Shown: positions 54,426 through 63,803, counted from the stretch's first letter. The stretch is DNA of 64,000 nucleotides from an uncultured Candidatus Saccharibacteria bacterium (GCA_964468795.1 CAYXWL010000001.1:232246-296245); one strand, 5' to 3'. Notes: generated by a model from the letters alone, not told the origin. Made by a program: numbers and translations.

Positions 54426-54959
54426 TTATGCAGTCTTCTTACCCTGCTTTCGCTTGATAACCTCGCCTTCGTATCGCATACCCTTGCCCTTGTATGGTTC
54501 AGGCTTCTTCAAAGCTCTAACTTCAGCAGTAAACTGACCAACAAGCTCCTTGTTAGACCCGCTTACAGTAATAACGTTCTTCTCTGCAGTAACTTTTAAT
54601 CCTTCAGGAATTGCTACGTTTACTGGGTGTGAAAATCCTAGAGCCAAAACAAGGTTAGTTCCCTTTACATCTGACTTATATCCGATTCCTTCAAGAATAA
54701 GCTTCTTCTCGAAAGGCTTATTTACACCAGAAATCATGTTCATGATGTGAGATGCGTATGTCCCCCACAACGCTCTGTTCTCTAGATTAAGAACTTTTGG
54801 ATTGAGAGTTATTTCATCTCCAGCAATTTTTATTTCAATATCTTTCTTAAATGTTCGTGAAAGAGTTCCGAGAGGACCCTTTACAGTCAGAACATCCCCA
54901 GCAAGCGATACTTCTGTTTTTGGAGCGATCTTTATTATTTTTTTTCCTATTCGTGACAT
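54426..54959 (-). CDS. rplF: 50S ribosomal protein L6
   Basis: Start trimmed to MSRIGKKIIKI. Confidence 0.9.
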   Translation of the reverse strand: MSRIGKKIIKIAPKTEVSLAGDVLTVKGPLGTLSRTFKKDIEIKIAGDEITLNPKVLNLENRALWGTYASHIMNMISGVNKPFEKKLILEGIGYKSDVKGTNLVLALGFSHPVNVAIPEGLKVTAEKNVITVSGSNKELVGQFTAEVRALKKPEPYKGKGMRYEGEVIKRKQGKKTA

Positions 54960-54994
54960 GTTATTTTCCAGATTTGCTATGTAATGATTCAAAT

Positions 54995-55387
54995 TTACCA
55001 AATTTTGAATAGCGCCTCGCCTCCAATGTTAGCTTCCTTTGCTGCTTTGTCTGTCATGATTCCTTTTGGTGTTGAAAGGATTAGGCTTCCTAGTCCGTTC
55101 TTAACCTTCTTTATATCCTTTGCCTTCTGGTATACCCTCTTTGAAGTCTTTGAAACTCTGTCTACTCCAGAGATCTTTGGCATTCCGTCTGCATCGTACA
55201 AAAGTCCTACTTCGATAAACTTAGCGACCTTCTTTCCCTTCTTTCCGAAAGACTTTATAAATCCGTCTTTTAGAAGAACATCGAGAATAGCAAGCTTTAG
55301 CTTTGAATGCGGAAATACAACAGATTCCTTCTTTGAATCTGAAGCGTTCTTTATTCTCACTATCATATCTGCGATTGGATCTGTCAT
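54995..55387 (-). CDS. rpsH: 30S ribosomal protein S8
   Basis: MTDPIADMIVRIKNA. Confidence 0.9.
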   Translation of the reverse strand: MTDPIADMIVRIKNASDSKKESVVFPHSKLKLAILDVLLKDGFIKSFGKKGKKVAKFIEVGLLYDADGMPKISGVDRVSKTSKRVYQKAKDIKKVKNGLGSLILSTPKGIMTDKAAKEANIGGEALFKIW

Positions 55388-55463
55388 GTGTATTTATGAT
55401 ATCTGGACAGTATCTCTCATCTAGCGACTTGAGACTTGTCCGGACGTCTTCTGTGCTAGCAGA

Positions 55464-55649
55464 CTACCAGCTAGACTTCTTAACGCCAGGGATTTTACCC
55501 TCGTTGGCAAGCTCTCGGAAGCAGATTCTGCAGAGACCAAAATCTCGCATGAATGCCCTTCCTCGTCCACACTTAAAGCATCGGTTTGTTGCCCGAGTAG
55601 AGAATTTTGGCTTTTTAGCCGCTCTTGCTTTAACTGATGTTTTTGCCAT
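55464..55649 (-). CDS. rpsN: 30S ribosomal protein S14 (type Z, zinc-binding)
   Basis: 61 aa. [24 protein letters not shown]. Confidence 0.9.
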   Translation of the reverse strand: MAKTSVKARAAKKPKFSTRATNRCFKCGRGRAFMRDFGLCRICFRELANEGKIPGVKKSSW

Positions 55650-55717
55650 TGTTATTAAAAAAGCTTTTTCAAGCTCAAACTACACTATCAAAACTCGTGT
55701 ATAAAGTCAAACAAAAT

Positions 55718-55745
55718 GCCCGGGTCTCCTTTCGGAGACCCGGGC
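55718..55745 (-). terminator. strong intrinsic terminator inside the spc operon
   Basis: Minus strand GCCCGGGTCTCCgaaaGGAGACCCGGGC + ATTTTGTTT. Confidence 0.7.
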
Positions 55746-55755
55746 ACAGACAGAA

Positions 55756-56412
55756 CTACAAGCCCACACGAAGTACGAGTCTTGCTTCTTCGAGCTTGTG
55801 CCGAGCAGGACCATTCCCAAACTTCTCGACCTGCTCCTCGAGGTTCATGCCTGTGTTAAATGACATGACGAATGGGACATTCAGACGGGAATCCCGTTCG
55901 ACAATGTACCGGAAGGCATTGTCGAAGGTCTCGCGAGAGATCTGATTCGCACTAATCTTGGTGATCTTAAAAGCAACTTCCGCCAAGATATTACGAAGCT
56001 CATAGTCTGTTCCTGTAAATGCAGGCACCAGATCCTTGCGCTTGGAAAAAGTGAAGGTCTGATCTACCCACACTTGCGGTCGCGTTGTTTTGTATTTTGC
56101 GACCATTCCGGGTTCAGACAAATTATCCTGAATATACCGGTAAGCATCAAGAGCTTCGACAAATGCTGAGTAGAGGGTAATTGCTGTAACCCCCTTCACC
56201 TCATTCATAACGAAGAGTGGATTATGCTCGCAAGCATATCGGAACATGCGCTTCTCGAAAAGATTTTCACGCCATCTTCGAGGAAGACGACGCAAATACC
56301 TGATCCCTTTCGGAACCGCCCACATCACGGAAAGGAACAGCCCCGTGCTCCAGAAGAGCAGACCGAAGTAAATAACAAGCCAGCCAGCCCTGTACAAGTT
56401 GTAAAGGTCCAT
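55756..56412 (-). CDS. hypothetical membrane-anchored protein (218 aa) in a GC-richer cassette
   Basis: N-terminal TM pair (WLVIYFGLLFWSTGLFLSVMWAV). ATG after GATGGAGGCAGT. No motif recognised. Confidence 0.6.
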   Translation of the reverse strand: MDLYNLYRAGWLVIYFGLLFWSTGLFLSVMWAVPKGIRYLRRLPRRWRENLFEKRMFRYACEHNPLFVMNEVKGVTAITLYSAFVEALDAYRYIQDNLSEPGMVAKYKTTRPQVWVDQTFTFSKRKDLVPAFTGTDYELRNILAEVAFKITKISANQISRETFDNAFRYIVERDSRLNVPFVMSFNTGMNLEEQVEKFGNGPARHKLEEARLVLRVGL

Positions 56413-56490
56413 ACTGCCTCCATCTGTACCAATCCTAGTCCTACGCTCCTCAAAATGAGGAGTGTGGCTGGTAGTACAGATTTGTAATAT

Positions 56491-56520
56491 ATTATATCAC
56501 TATTTGTACTGTAGTGTCAA
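56491..56520 (-). promoter_or_regulatory. consensus sigma70 promoter of the cassette
   Basis: Minus strand TTGACA-18 nt-TATAAT, followed by a ~80-nt hairpin-containing leader. Confidence 0.55.
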
Positions 56521-56700
56521 TATATCCCTGATAAAGAAAAAACTCCATTTATGGAGTTTTTTCTTTACACGAGTTTGTCGTTCTGAGGATTTTTGCTAGA
56601 GTTCGAGGTGGGAGTGCGGATTGCGACCAAGCTGTACAAGTAGTATTGCGCGGGAGCAAACGCAAGCGACAAACAAAGAAATCGAGCAAAAAGACCAGAA

Positions 56701-57234
56701 CTACTTTTTGAATGGGAATCCTAGGTGCCGTAGATAGGCCTCAGTCTCTTTCTTATCCTTTATATTTGTAACAATTGTTACCGCAAGTCCGAACACATCT
56801 TTTAGTTCTTCATCTCCTGTTTCTGGGAAGATAGTGTGCTCTCTTATTCCTAAAGTGTAGTTTCCCATCTGATCAATGCCATTTGTAGAAATTCCTCTAA
56901 AGTCTTTTGTTCGTGGAAGAGCAATGTTTACAAGTCTGTCTAGAAAATCATACATTCTCTGACCTCGCAATGTTACCTGCATTCCAATAGTGTCTCCCTG
57001 TCGTACCTTGAAAGCTGCGATAGAAATCTTTGCTCCTCTTCGTGATGGCTTCTGGCCTGTAATTTTTGCAATTCTGTCTGCAACAAGTTCGATTTTCTTC
57101 TTATCAAATCTAGAACCAGTTCCAACAGAAACAACCACCTTTTGGATCTTTGGTGCCTGCATTACGTTCTTGTATCCAAAATCAGACTTTAGAACATCGA
57201 AACTCTTTTTTGTTTTTGCTTTTATTGATTCCAT
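56701..57234 (-). CDS. rplE: 50S ribosomal protein L5
   Basis: 177 aa. ..PKIQKVVVSVGTG.. and ..FRGIS..GNYTLGI.. Confidence 0.9.
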   Translation of the reverse strand: MESIKAKTKKSFDVLKSDFGYKNVMQAPKIQKVVVSVGTGSRFDKKKIELVADRIAKITGQKPSRRGAKISIAAFKVRQGDTIGMQVTLRGQRMYDFLDRLVNIALPRTKDFRGISTNGIDQMGNYTLGIREHTIFPETGDEELKDVFGLAVTIVTNIKDKKETEAYLRHLGFPFKK

Positions 57235-57244
57235 GACAGTTTTA

Positions 57245-57463
57245 TTACTTTGCCTTAGCTACATTTGAAGCGTGGATAGGCATAGTCTTCTCTATGATCT
57301 GTCCCTTCTCTCCGCCCTTTCGTGCTTTCTGGTGTACCTTTAATACATTTACTCCAGAAACAATAACCTTGTTCTCTTTTGGAAGAGCTTTAACAACAGT
57401 TCCAGACTTTCCTTTGTCCTTTCCTGTTAACACTATTACTTTGTCGTCTTTCTTTATATGCAT
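57245..57463 (-). CDS. rplX: 50S ribosomal protein L24
   Basis: Start trimmed to MHIKKDDKVIVLTGKDKGKSG (KOW motif). Confidence 0.85.
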   Translation of the reverse strand: MHIKKDDKVIVLTGKDKGKSGTVVKALPKENKVIVSGVNVLKVHQKARKGGEKGQIIEKTMPIHASNVAKAK

Positions 57464-57473
57464 ATTAGTTTTG

Positions 57474-57851
57474 TTATACAACTTCTGGTGCAAGTGAGAT
57501 TATTTTTTGGTATCCAACATCTCCAATCTCTCGTGGAATAGGACCGAATACTCTTCCCGCAACTGGCTCCTTCTTCTTTTTATCTTTCATTACTATAACA
57601 ACTGCGTTTTCATCAAATCGTACGTATGATCCGTCTTTTCTTCTGAAAGGAGCCTTTTGTCGTACAACTATTGCTCGCACAACATCCTTCTTCTTTGTTG
57701 TCTTTCGAGGCTCTGCCTTTTGTATTGAAATAACTACAAGCTCGCCGATAGATGCGTATCGCTTCTTTGATGAGCCAAGCACCTTGAATACTCGTCCGAT
57801 CTTTGCTCCGGAGTTGTCAGCTATTTTAACGATTGATCGTGGTTGTATCAT
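57474..57851 (-). CDS. rplN: 50S ribosomal protein L14
   Basis: MIQPRSIVKIADNSGAK. Confidence 0.9.
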   Translation of the reverse strand: MIQPRSIVKIADNSGAKIGRVFKVLGSSKKRYASIGELVVISIQKAEPRKTTKKKDVVRAIVVRQKAPFRRKDGSYVRFDENAVVIVMKDKKKKEPVAGRVFGPIPREIGDVGYQKIISLAPEVV

Positions 57852-57861
57852 GGCTTTTAAA

Positions 57862-58113
57862 TTATGCTATTACTTTAAATCTCTTATCCTTTGAGATAGG
57901 TGCGCACTCTTCGATAACCACCTTGTCTCCTATCTTCTTTGTATTTCCAGCATCATGTGCCTTTATCTTCTTGTCTATTGAAATGTACTTGTCGTACTTT
58001 GGATGCTTTACAAATCGAGAAACAAGAACAACAACCGTGTCCTTCATTTTGTCTGAAGTCACTGTTCCTTTCATTGTCTTTCGTGATTTCTTTGTTTCTG
58101 TTGTCTTGTTCAT
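57862..58113 (-). CDS. rpsQ: 30S ribosomal protein S17
   Basis: 83 aa. KGTVTSDKMKDTVVVLV..HPKYDKY. Confidence 0.9.
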   Translation of the reverse strand: MNKTTETKKSRKTMKGTVTSDKMKDTVVVLVSRFVKHPKYDKYISIDKKIKAHDAGNTKKIGDKVVIEECAPISKDKRFKVIA

Positions 58114-58123
58114 GGTTTATAAA

Positions 58124-58309
58124 TTATTTTGCTCGGTTGATTACTGTTAGGATCTGAGCGATATCCTTTCTTAGTGCCTTTCCCTCCTTTACGTTTCTGG
58201 CATTGCTTCCGCTTACTTGGAATCGGAAAGCTGAAAGAGCTTGTCGTTTCTCAGACAACATTGTATTTAACTCTTTTATGCTCTTGTTTGCAAGGTCTTT
58301 CATTTTCAT
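58124..58309 (-). CDS. rpmC: 50S ribosomal protein L29
   Basis: 61 aa. ELNTMLSEKRQALSAFRFQ. Confidence 0.85.
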   Translation of the reverse strand: MKMKDLANKSIKELNTMLSEKRQALSAFRFQVSGSNARNVKEGKALRKDIAQILTVINRAK

Positions 58310-58318
58310 AGCTTTTTA

Positions 58319-58744
58319 TTATGCGTGTACAGATGAAACAATCTTTGTCTTCAAAGGAAGCTTTGTTCCAGCTTTTCGAAGAGCCTCCTTTGCAACTGCC
58401 TCTGACACTCCGTCTACCTCGAACAAAACTCGTCCAGGCTTTACTGGTGCGCAATATCCAAACAGGTCTCCCTTACCTTTTCCAAGCTTTACTTCAGCAG
58501 GCTTTTTTGTAAGAGGCATGTCTGGGAAAATTCGAATCCACACTCTTCCAGTCTTTCCAACCTCTCGTGAAAGGGCCTTTCGAGCAGCTTCTATCTGGTT
58601 AGACATGATTCTTGCGCCCTGCATAGCCTTTAGACCATGTGAGCCGAAAGCAACTGTTGCACCTCGAGTAGCCACGCCGACTTTCTCTGCGTTCTTTCTC
58701 ATTGTATGCCACTTTCTGTATTTTACTTTCTTAGGTAACAGCAT
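58319..58744 (-). CDS. rplP: 50S ribosomal protein L16
   Basis: [13 protein letters not shown]. Confidence 0.9.
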   Translation of the reverse strand: MLLPKKVKYRKWHTMRKNAEKVGVATRGATVAFGSHGLKAMQGARIMSNQIEAARKALSREVGKTGRVWIRIFPDMPLTKKPAEVKLGKGKGDLFGYCAPVKPGRVLFEVDGVSEAVAKEALRKAGTKLPLKTKIVSSVHA

Positions 58745-58754
58745 GGTAGTTTAA

Positions 58755-59411
58755 TTACTTATTGAAAATATCTCCCTTGTATATCCAGACCTTTACGCCG
58801 ATTGTTCCGTATGGAAGTCGTGCTTCGTACTTTGTAAAATCAACATCAGCTCTGAATGTCTGAAGAGGAATTCGTCCTCGCTTCATTTTTTCCTGTCGTG
58901 CCATTGTTGCTCCTCCAAGTCGTCCTGAAAGTTCTATTTTTACTCCCTGAACATCTCGGTTAGCCATAACCTTTTCCATAACCTGCTTTGCAACTCGTCT
59001 GAAAGGAAGTCGCTTTTCAAGACCGTCAGCGATCATCTGAGCAACGATAGTTGAGTTTGATTCCGGAGACTTAACCTCCTTTATATCAACCTTGACTTCG
59101 CCTCCCATTGAAAGCTTGTTCTTTGTTAGGAACGCAATGATGTCGTTCTTTAGCTTTACAGCTCCGTCTCCAGATCGGCCGATAATTACTCCAGGTCTTG
59201 AAGTTTCGATAATGATTCGAAGAACCTTCTCTCCTCTTTCCATCTCGATATTGCTTACATACATTCCTCGGAATCTCTTCTCCAAGTACTGTCGCAAAAG
59301 TACATCGCTCTTTAGGAATTCTTTGTACTTATTCTTTACGCCGAACCATCGAGATTTCCAATCTCTTATGATGCCTAGCCTATGTGAATATGGATGGACT
59401 GTATGTGTCAT
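58755..59411 (-). CDS. rpsC: 30S ribosomal protein S3
   Basis: HTVHPYSHRLGIIRDWKSRWF. Confidence 0.9.
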   Translation of the reverse strand: MTHTVHPYSHRLGIIRDWKSRWFGVKNKYKEFLKSDVLLRQYLEKRFRGMYVSNIEMERGEKVLRIIIETSRPGVIIGRSGDGAVKLKNDIIAFLTKNKLSMGGEVKVDIKEVKSPESNSTIVAQMIADGLEKRLPFRRVAKQVMEKVMANRDVQGVKIELSGRLGGATMARQEKMKRGRIPLQTFRADVDFTKYEARLPYGTIGVKVWIYKGDIFNK

Positions 59412-59434
59412 AAATTTAGTTTGAAAGTTAAAAG

Positions 59435-59854
59435 TTATTTAGTTTTTTTAGTAACCCTTGTCTTTTTTGCTACAGTTGTTTCCTCTACTTCCTTTTTAAC
59501 TTTCGACTTTCTACTTGTTACTTCTTTTGTTCCAAGCTCAATGTAAACAGAGCTTGTTCTCTTTCGAATAGGATGAGATGAGCCTCGTGCTGCAGGTCGT
59601 CGTCGGTAGATTATAGCACCGCCATCTACTTTTATAGTTTTAATTATCAAATCCTCAGTTGGAATCTCTAGTGCCTTTGCGTTAGCAAGAGCCGAAAGGA
59701 TAAGGTTCTTTATAGGAGCTGCAGCTCTCTTTGCAACGAAATCCAAGTTGATAAGAGCCTCCTCAACCTTCTTTCCTCGTACAGAATTAGCAACCAATCG
59801 CATTTTTCGAGGTGCCTGTCTGAAATTTGAAAGTGTAGCTTTTGCTGTTGCCAT
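59435..59854 (-). CDS. rplV: 50S ribosomal protein L22
   Basis: FRQAPRKMRLVANSVRGKKV. Confidence 0.9.
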   Translation of the reverse strand: MATAKATLSNFRQAPRKMRLVANSVRGKKVEEALINLDFVAKRAAAPIKNLILSALANAKALEIPTEDLIIKTIKVDGGAIIYRRRPAARGSSHPIRKRTSSVYIELGTKEVTSRKSKVKKEVEETTVAKKTRVTKKTK

Positions 59855-59871
59855 GGTAGTTCAATAAAAAA

Positions 59872-60210
59872 TTATTTCTTATCTGCTGTAGTTTTAGCAG
59901 CCTGTGCAGCAGAAATTTCAGCCTCTTTCTTCTTCTGCTCTAGCTCCTTCTGCATCTTTCCTCCGTGCTTTATGAATTTCTTTGTTGGAGAAAATTCGCC
60001 TAGTCTGTGGCCTACCATATCTTCTGCCACCAAAACTTCTAGGTGAGTCTTTCCGTTGTGCACTCCGAATGTAAAGCCGATCATCTCTGGAGAGATAACA
60101 CATGCTCTTGACCATGTCTTAATAACCCCTGTCTCTAGAGGCTTCTTTCCTTCAATTTTCTTGAGCAATCGCTCGTCCACGTATGGACCTTTTTTTGATG
60201 ATCGTGTCAT
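59872..60210 (-). CDS. rpsS: 30S ribosomal protein S19 (extended C-terminus)
   Basis: [24 protein letters not shown]. Confidence 0.9.
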   Translation of the reverse strand: MTRSSKKGPYVDERLLKKIEGKKPLETGVIKTWSRACVISPEMIGFTFGVHNGKTHLEVLVAEDMVGHRLGEFSPTKKFIKHGGKMQKELEQKKKEAEISAAQAAKTTADKK

Positions 60211-60400
60211 TTTTGTCTATTTTAATTCCCTCGCCATTTGGCAAGAAGAAAACCACTCAGTAAATTTAAATCGCGTGGTACTGACTTACTTAATAATTCA
60301 AAAAGAATGTAAATACCTCAGTGGCGTCTATACTATACAAAATGCTTAAATATGTCAACAACAAAGCTAAAGGGCGGAATACTCCGCCCTTTCCACCTCT

Positions 60401-60646
60401 CTAGGTGGGATCATAAATCCTTACAAGTGCAGTACACCGCGTACAATGCACCTCGCCTAGCCTAGTTACTGGATCTACATTTACTATCTTGTGCTCTTGA
60501 GGAGTAGACGAGCATACGGGACAGTTCTTTCCATCAATCGGAATGGCCTGCGTACCGAACTCTGTTCTCCATATGGCAACAAACCCAGCTTCACCAACTG
60601 CTCTTGCAAGAGCTTCGAGCATCCTGCCTCTCTTGGTTTCTTCCAT
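60401..60646 (-). CDS. small zinc-ribbon-like protein (81 aa) in a GC-richer cassette between rplB and rpsS
   Basis: CPVC..(22 aa)..CTRC. ATG after AATCGGAGGAATC. Flanked by terminators (60749-60797 and 60369-60392) and promoter-like TTGACT-17-TTAAAT. Confidence 0.55.
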   Translation of the reverse strand: MEETKRGRMLEALARAVGEAGFVAIWRTEFGTQAIPIDGKNCPVCSSTPQEHKIVNVDPVTRLGEVHCTRCTALVRIYDPT

Positions 60647-60832
60647 GATTCCTCCGATTATTAATTTAATTCTATTATGGAAATAAAGTCAAAGGCCATC
60701 TTGCATTCGTAAAACTTCCCAATTTGGGTGAGATACGACGGGAGAAAACAAAAAATGCACCGAGGTGTACATATAGTACATTGAGGTGCATTTTTGGTTT
60801 TTGGACCGAGTAGGTCGCCAAATTTGGAAGTT

Positions 60833-61675
60833 TTACTTGTTCTTTCCAACTCGTCGTCGTGACACAATAAATTTGTTTGAATACTTCTTTGGAGTTCGTG
60901 TCTTCTGTCCCTTTCCTGTTGGCTTTCCGTAAACTGAGATTGCTCGTCTTCGTCCTCTTCCTTGTCGTCCTTCTCCTCCTCCGTGTGGGTGATCCACTGG
61001 GTTCTGAGCTGTTCCCTTTACTGTAGGCCTGATACCCAACCATCGTGATCGTCCGGCCTTTCCTAGGTTTACTAGTCGGTTCTCATCGTTTGATACATCA
61101 CCGATAGATGCCCACGCAGTATCTTTTACCTTTCGAACTTCTGTTGAAGGGAGCTTTAGGTCAACATATCCGTTGTCCTTTGAAATAACTTCAACATAGT
61201 TTCCGGCAGATCGAGCAAGCTTTGCTCCACCGTTCGGTTTTAGTTCAACGTTGTATACAAATGTACCAATGTTGATGTTTTTTAGAGGAAGTCTGTTTCC
61301 AGGCTTCTGCTCTGCATTCTCACCTGTAACTAGAACATCTCCAACTCGTACTGCCTTTGGAAGAAGAACATATCGCTTCTCTCCGTCGTGATACTGAGCA
61401 AGACCGATAAATCCTGTTCTGTTTGGATCATACTCAACTGTCTTGATAGTGTAAGGAATATTTATTTTGTCGTATCGAAAATCAACAGCTCGGAAAAGTC
61501 TCTTGTGGCCACCTCCCTTATGTCGCGTTGTGATGATGCCTGAGTTGTTTCGGCCCATGTCTCGCTTGTAGCCATGTGTCAAAGACTTTACAGGTTCTGA
61601 TGCAGTAATGAAGTTGCCATATGAGATGGTCGTCATTCCTCGTCGTGATTTTGATGTTGGTCGGTATCGCTTCAT
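60833..61675 (-). CDS. rplB: 50S ribosomal protein L2
   Basis: 280 aa. ..RHKGGGHKR.. and ..NPVDHPHGGGEGR.. Confidence 0.9.
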   Translation of the reverse strand: MKRYRPTSKSRRGMTTISYGNFITASEPVKSLTHGYKRDMGRNNSGIITTRHKGGGHKRLFRAVDFRYDKINIPYTIKTVEYDPNRTGFIGLAQYHDGEKRYVLLPKAVRVGDVLVTGENAEQKPGNRLPLKNINIGTFVYNVELKPNGGAKLARSAGNYVEVISKDNGYVDLKLPSTEVRKVKDTAWASIGDVSNDENRLVNLGKAGRSRWLGIRPTVKGTAQNPVDHPHGGGEGRQGRGRRRAISVYGKPTGKGQKTRTPKKYSNKFIVSRRRVGKNK

Positions 61676-61684
61676 GTGTTTGTA

Positions 61685-61966
61685 TTAGATGACTTCTACC
61701 TTCTCCCCCTTCTTAAGGTATACATATGCCTTCTTGTAACCAGACTTTACACCTCGCTTGCCTCGAACAAAAACATTCTTTGCAGGAATTGTGACTGTTG
61801 AGATCTTGACCGGAGTTGCCTTGTACTTCTCTACGAATGCCTTTCGAATAGCCTGCTTTGTTGCATCCTTTGATACCTCGAATACATACACTGAAGACTC
61901 GGACTTCAAAGCTGCTTTTTCCGTTATGTGTGGCTTTACTAAAAATGTTGCAAGGTCTTTTCTCAT
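61685..61966 (-). CDS. rplW: 50S ribosomal protein L23
   Basis: 93 aa. LVKPHITEKA. Confidence 0.9.
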   Translation of the reverse strand: MRKDLATFLVKPHITEKAALKSESSVYVFEVSKDATKQAIRKAFVEKYKATPVKISTVTIPAKNVFVRGKRGVKSGYKKAYVYLKKGEKVEVI

Positions 61967-61976
61967 ATTGATTTAA

Positions 61977-62642
61977 TTACTTTGAAAGCTTCGTTGCTAT
62001 CTGAGGGAGACCCTTCTCAGGGTTTGAGATAACGACGTACTTGTACTTCATAAGGTCGACCGGATTCATGTTTCGGATCTCATCTACGACAAGATTGCCG
62101 AAATTTCGAAGACTCTTCTCAGTGTTCGCATCCTTGCTTGAAAGAGCGATCAATGCTGAGTTCTTTCGCTTGCTGACGAGGTCAGTAAAGCCCTTTACTT
62201 TTGCGAGTGTAGACAGAGCTACCTTTGCATCCTTTGTCTTTGGAGCCTTAAATGAAATATCATCAACAAAGAGCACCTTCCCATCCTTGTACTTTGCAGA
62301 CAAGATAGTATAGAGGGCCTTAGCCTTCATCTTCTTGTTTACCTTTCGAGTATAGTCCTTGTCGTTTCGAGGGCCATGTGTAATACCTCCGTGTCGCCAG
62401 AGTGGAGATCGTGTAGAACCGTGTCGCGCTCGGCCTGTTCCTTTCTGCTGCCATGGCTTCTTTCCTCCTCCAGATACTTCTCCTCGAGTCTTTGTGTGAG
62501 CAACGTTTGTTCTGCTTGATGATTCCATTGAAACAACAACCTGGTGCACCAAGTCAGCATTCCAAGGTAGTCCGAAAACAGACTCAGGTAGCTTTACTTT
62601 TCCTGCCTCCTTTCCTTGTAGATTGTAGATTACGCTTTCCAT
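61977..62642 (-). CDS. rplD: 50S ribosomal protein L4
   Basis: 221 aa. GGGKKPWQQKGTGRARHGS. Confidence 0.9.
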   Translation of the reverse strand: MESVIYNLQGKEAGKVKLPESVFGLPWNADLVHQVVVSMESSSRTNVAHTKTRGEVSGGGKKPWQQKGTGRARHGSTRSPLWRHGGITHGPRNDKDYTRKVNKKMKAKALYTILSAKYKDGKVLFVDDISFKAPKTKDAKVALSTLAKVKGFTDLVSKRKNSALIALSSKDANTEKSLRNFGNLVVDEIRNMNPVDLMKYKYVVISNPEKGLPQIATKLSK

Positions 62643-62656
62643 AGTTATGTATTTAA

Positions 62657-63268
62657 TTAGCCTCGCACTTCTACGACTGTTCCTCGTCGTCCTGGAACTG
62701 CACCTCGGATAAAGAGTTCTCCTGTCTCCTTGTTTATTGAAACAATAGTGAGATTCTTTGTGGTGATCTTCACCCCTCCCATTCGGCCGGCCATTCTCTT
62801 TCCTTTAGCAACTCGGCCTCCGTCTCGTCCAGCACCTCCAATAGATCCTGGCTCTCGCTCTGAGTGCTTCTGACCGTGCGATCGTGGTCCTCCTGCGAAA
62901 CCATGTCGCTTAACCACACCCTGGAATCCCTTTCCCTTTGAGATGCTTGAAACTGTTACCTTGTCTCCAGCAGCAAAAGCAGATAGGTCAACCTTGTCTC
63001 CAAGATTAAGGGTAGAGTCACCTTCAACTCGCATCTCCTTTAGATGAGCGAACTTTCCCTCTTTCATGTGGCCAGAAAGCGCCTTGTTGATGTTCTTAGC
63101 AGAACGAGTACCGAAACCAAACTGCACAGCAGAATAGCCATCTTTTGCAGATGTCTTCACCTGAGTCACTGTCATTGGACCAGCCTTAACGACAGTTACA
63201 GGATGCACAACTCCCTCAGCATCGAAGATCTGAGTCATGTTTACTTTTGTTCCGAGGATGAATTTCAT
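62657..63268 (-). CDS. rplC: 50S ribosomal protein L3
   Basis: 203 aa. GTKVNMTQIF..KGKGFQGVVKRHGF. Confidence 0.9.
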   Translation of the reverse strand: MKFILGTKVNMTQIFDAEGVVHPVTVVKAGPMTVTQVKTSAKDGYSAVQFGFGTRSAKNINKALSGHMKEGKFAHLKEMRVEGDSTLNLGDKVDLSAFAAGDKVTVSSISKGKGFQGVVKRHGFAGGPRSHGQKHSEREPGSIGGAGRDGGRVAKGKRMAGRMGGVKITTKNLTIVSINKETGELFIRGAVPGRRGTVVEVRG

Positions 63269-63454
63269 TGTATTTCTGGTGACGGTTTGCGGACAGTAAT
63301 GCGAGGAGAATCCTCACAACATTGCTCTTTACTAGCCACCCATTTAAAAAAGCCTTTTCGGCGTTTGCCTACTGTAGCAGATATCGTTTTTTATTTCAAG
63401 TGCTATTTGACTCAATCTGTAAAAATCTATATTGTTCTGCCAGAGGTATCGAAC

Positions 63455-63730
63455 ATGCTTGGTAATCTGTTCTTTTGGAGCTACCTTCTTTTGGGAGCTC
63501 TCATGGCTCTCGTATGCTTCTTTATCCTAAGAGATGACTTTGCCCTCCAAGAGGAGCTGGAAACGATCCGGGCTTCCAGCCTCATTGCCGGATTCAGCTT
63601 CGTTCTGGCAGGCCTTGCAATTGCATTCTGGCTCCGAAATCTAGCCTCCTTTACAGTTTGGGGGTCCGCTACCGCATGCTACTGGATGCATATCTTGCTT
63701 GTACTCAGAGCACGGGCATCGAAAAAATAA
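63455..63730 (+). CDS. small 3-TM membrane protein (91 aa) in a cassette between rplC and rpsJ, antisense to the operon
   Basis: Promoter TTGACT(63407)-17-TATTGT, AGAGG RBS, two terminators after the stop (TCGTCCGGaacgcCCGGACGA; AAACCACCgagaatGGTGGTTTTTT). Only the last third of track ORF 63044..63730 is used. Confidence 0.5.
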   Translation: MLGNLFFWSYLLLGALMALVCFFILRDDFALQEELETIRASSLIAGFSFVLAGLAIAFWLRNLASFTVWGSATACYWMHILLVLRARASKK

Positions 63731-63803
63731 ACGTTACTCAATCGTCCGGAACGCCCGGACGATTTCTCGTACAATAAAACCACCGAGAATGGTGGTTTTT
63801 TGA

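Larger units (their letters stand above)
55691..56576 (-). mobile_element. candidate TIR-flanked expression cassette inserted between rplE and rpsN
   Basis: AAACTCGTGTATAAAG (55691-706) versus the reverse complement of CTTTACACGAGTTT (56563-76). Encloses terminator, promoter, 218-aa ORF and terminator. Confidence 0.4.

Noticed and set aside
63044-63454. The 5' two-thirds of track ORF 63044..63730.
   Set aside because: It is antisense to rplC and to the intergenic region. Only the portion from the ATG at 63455, behind a promoter and RBS, is plausible.
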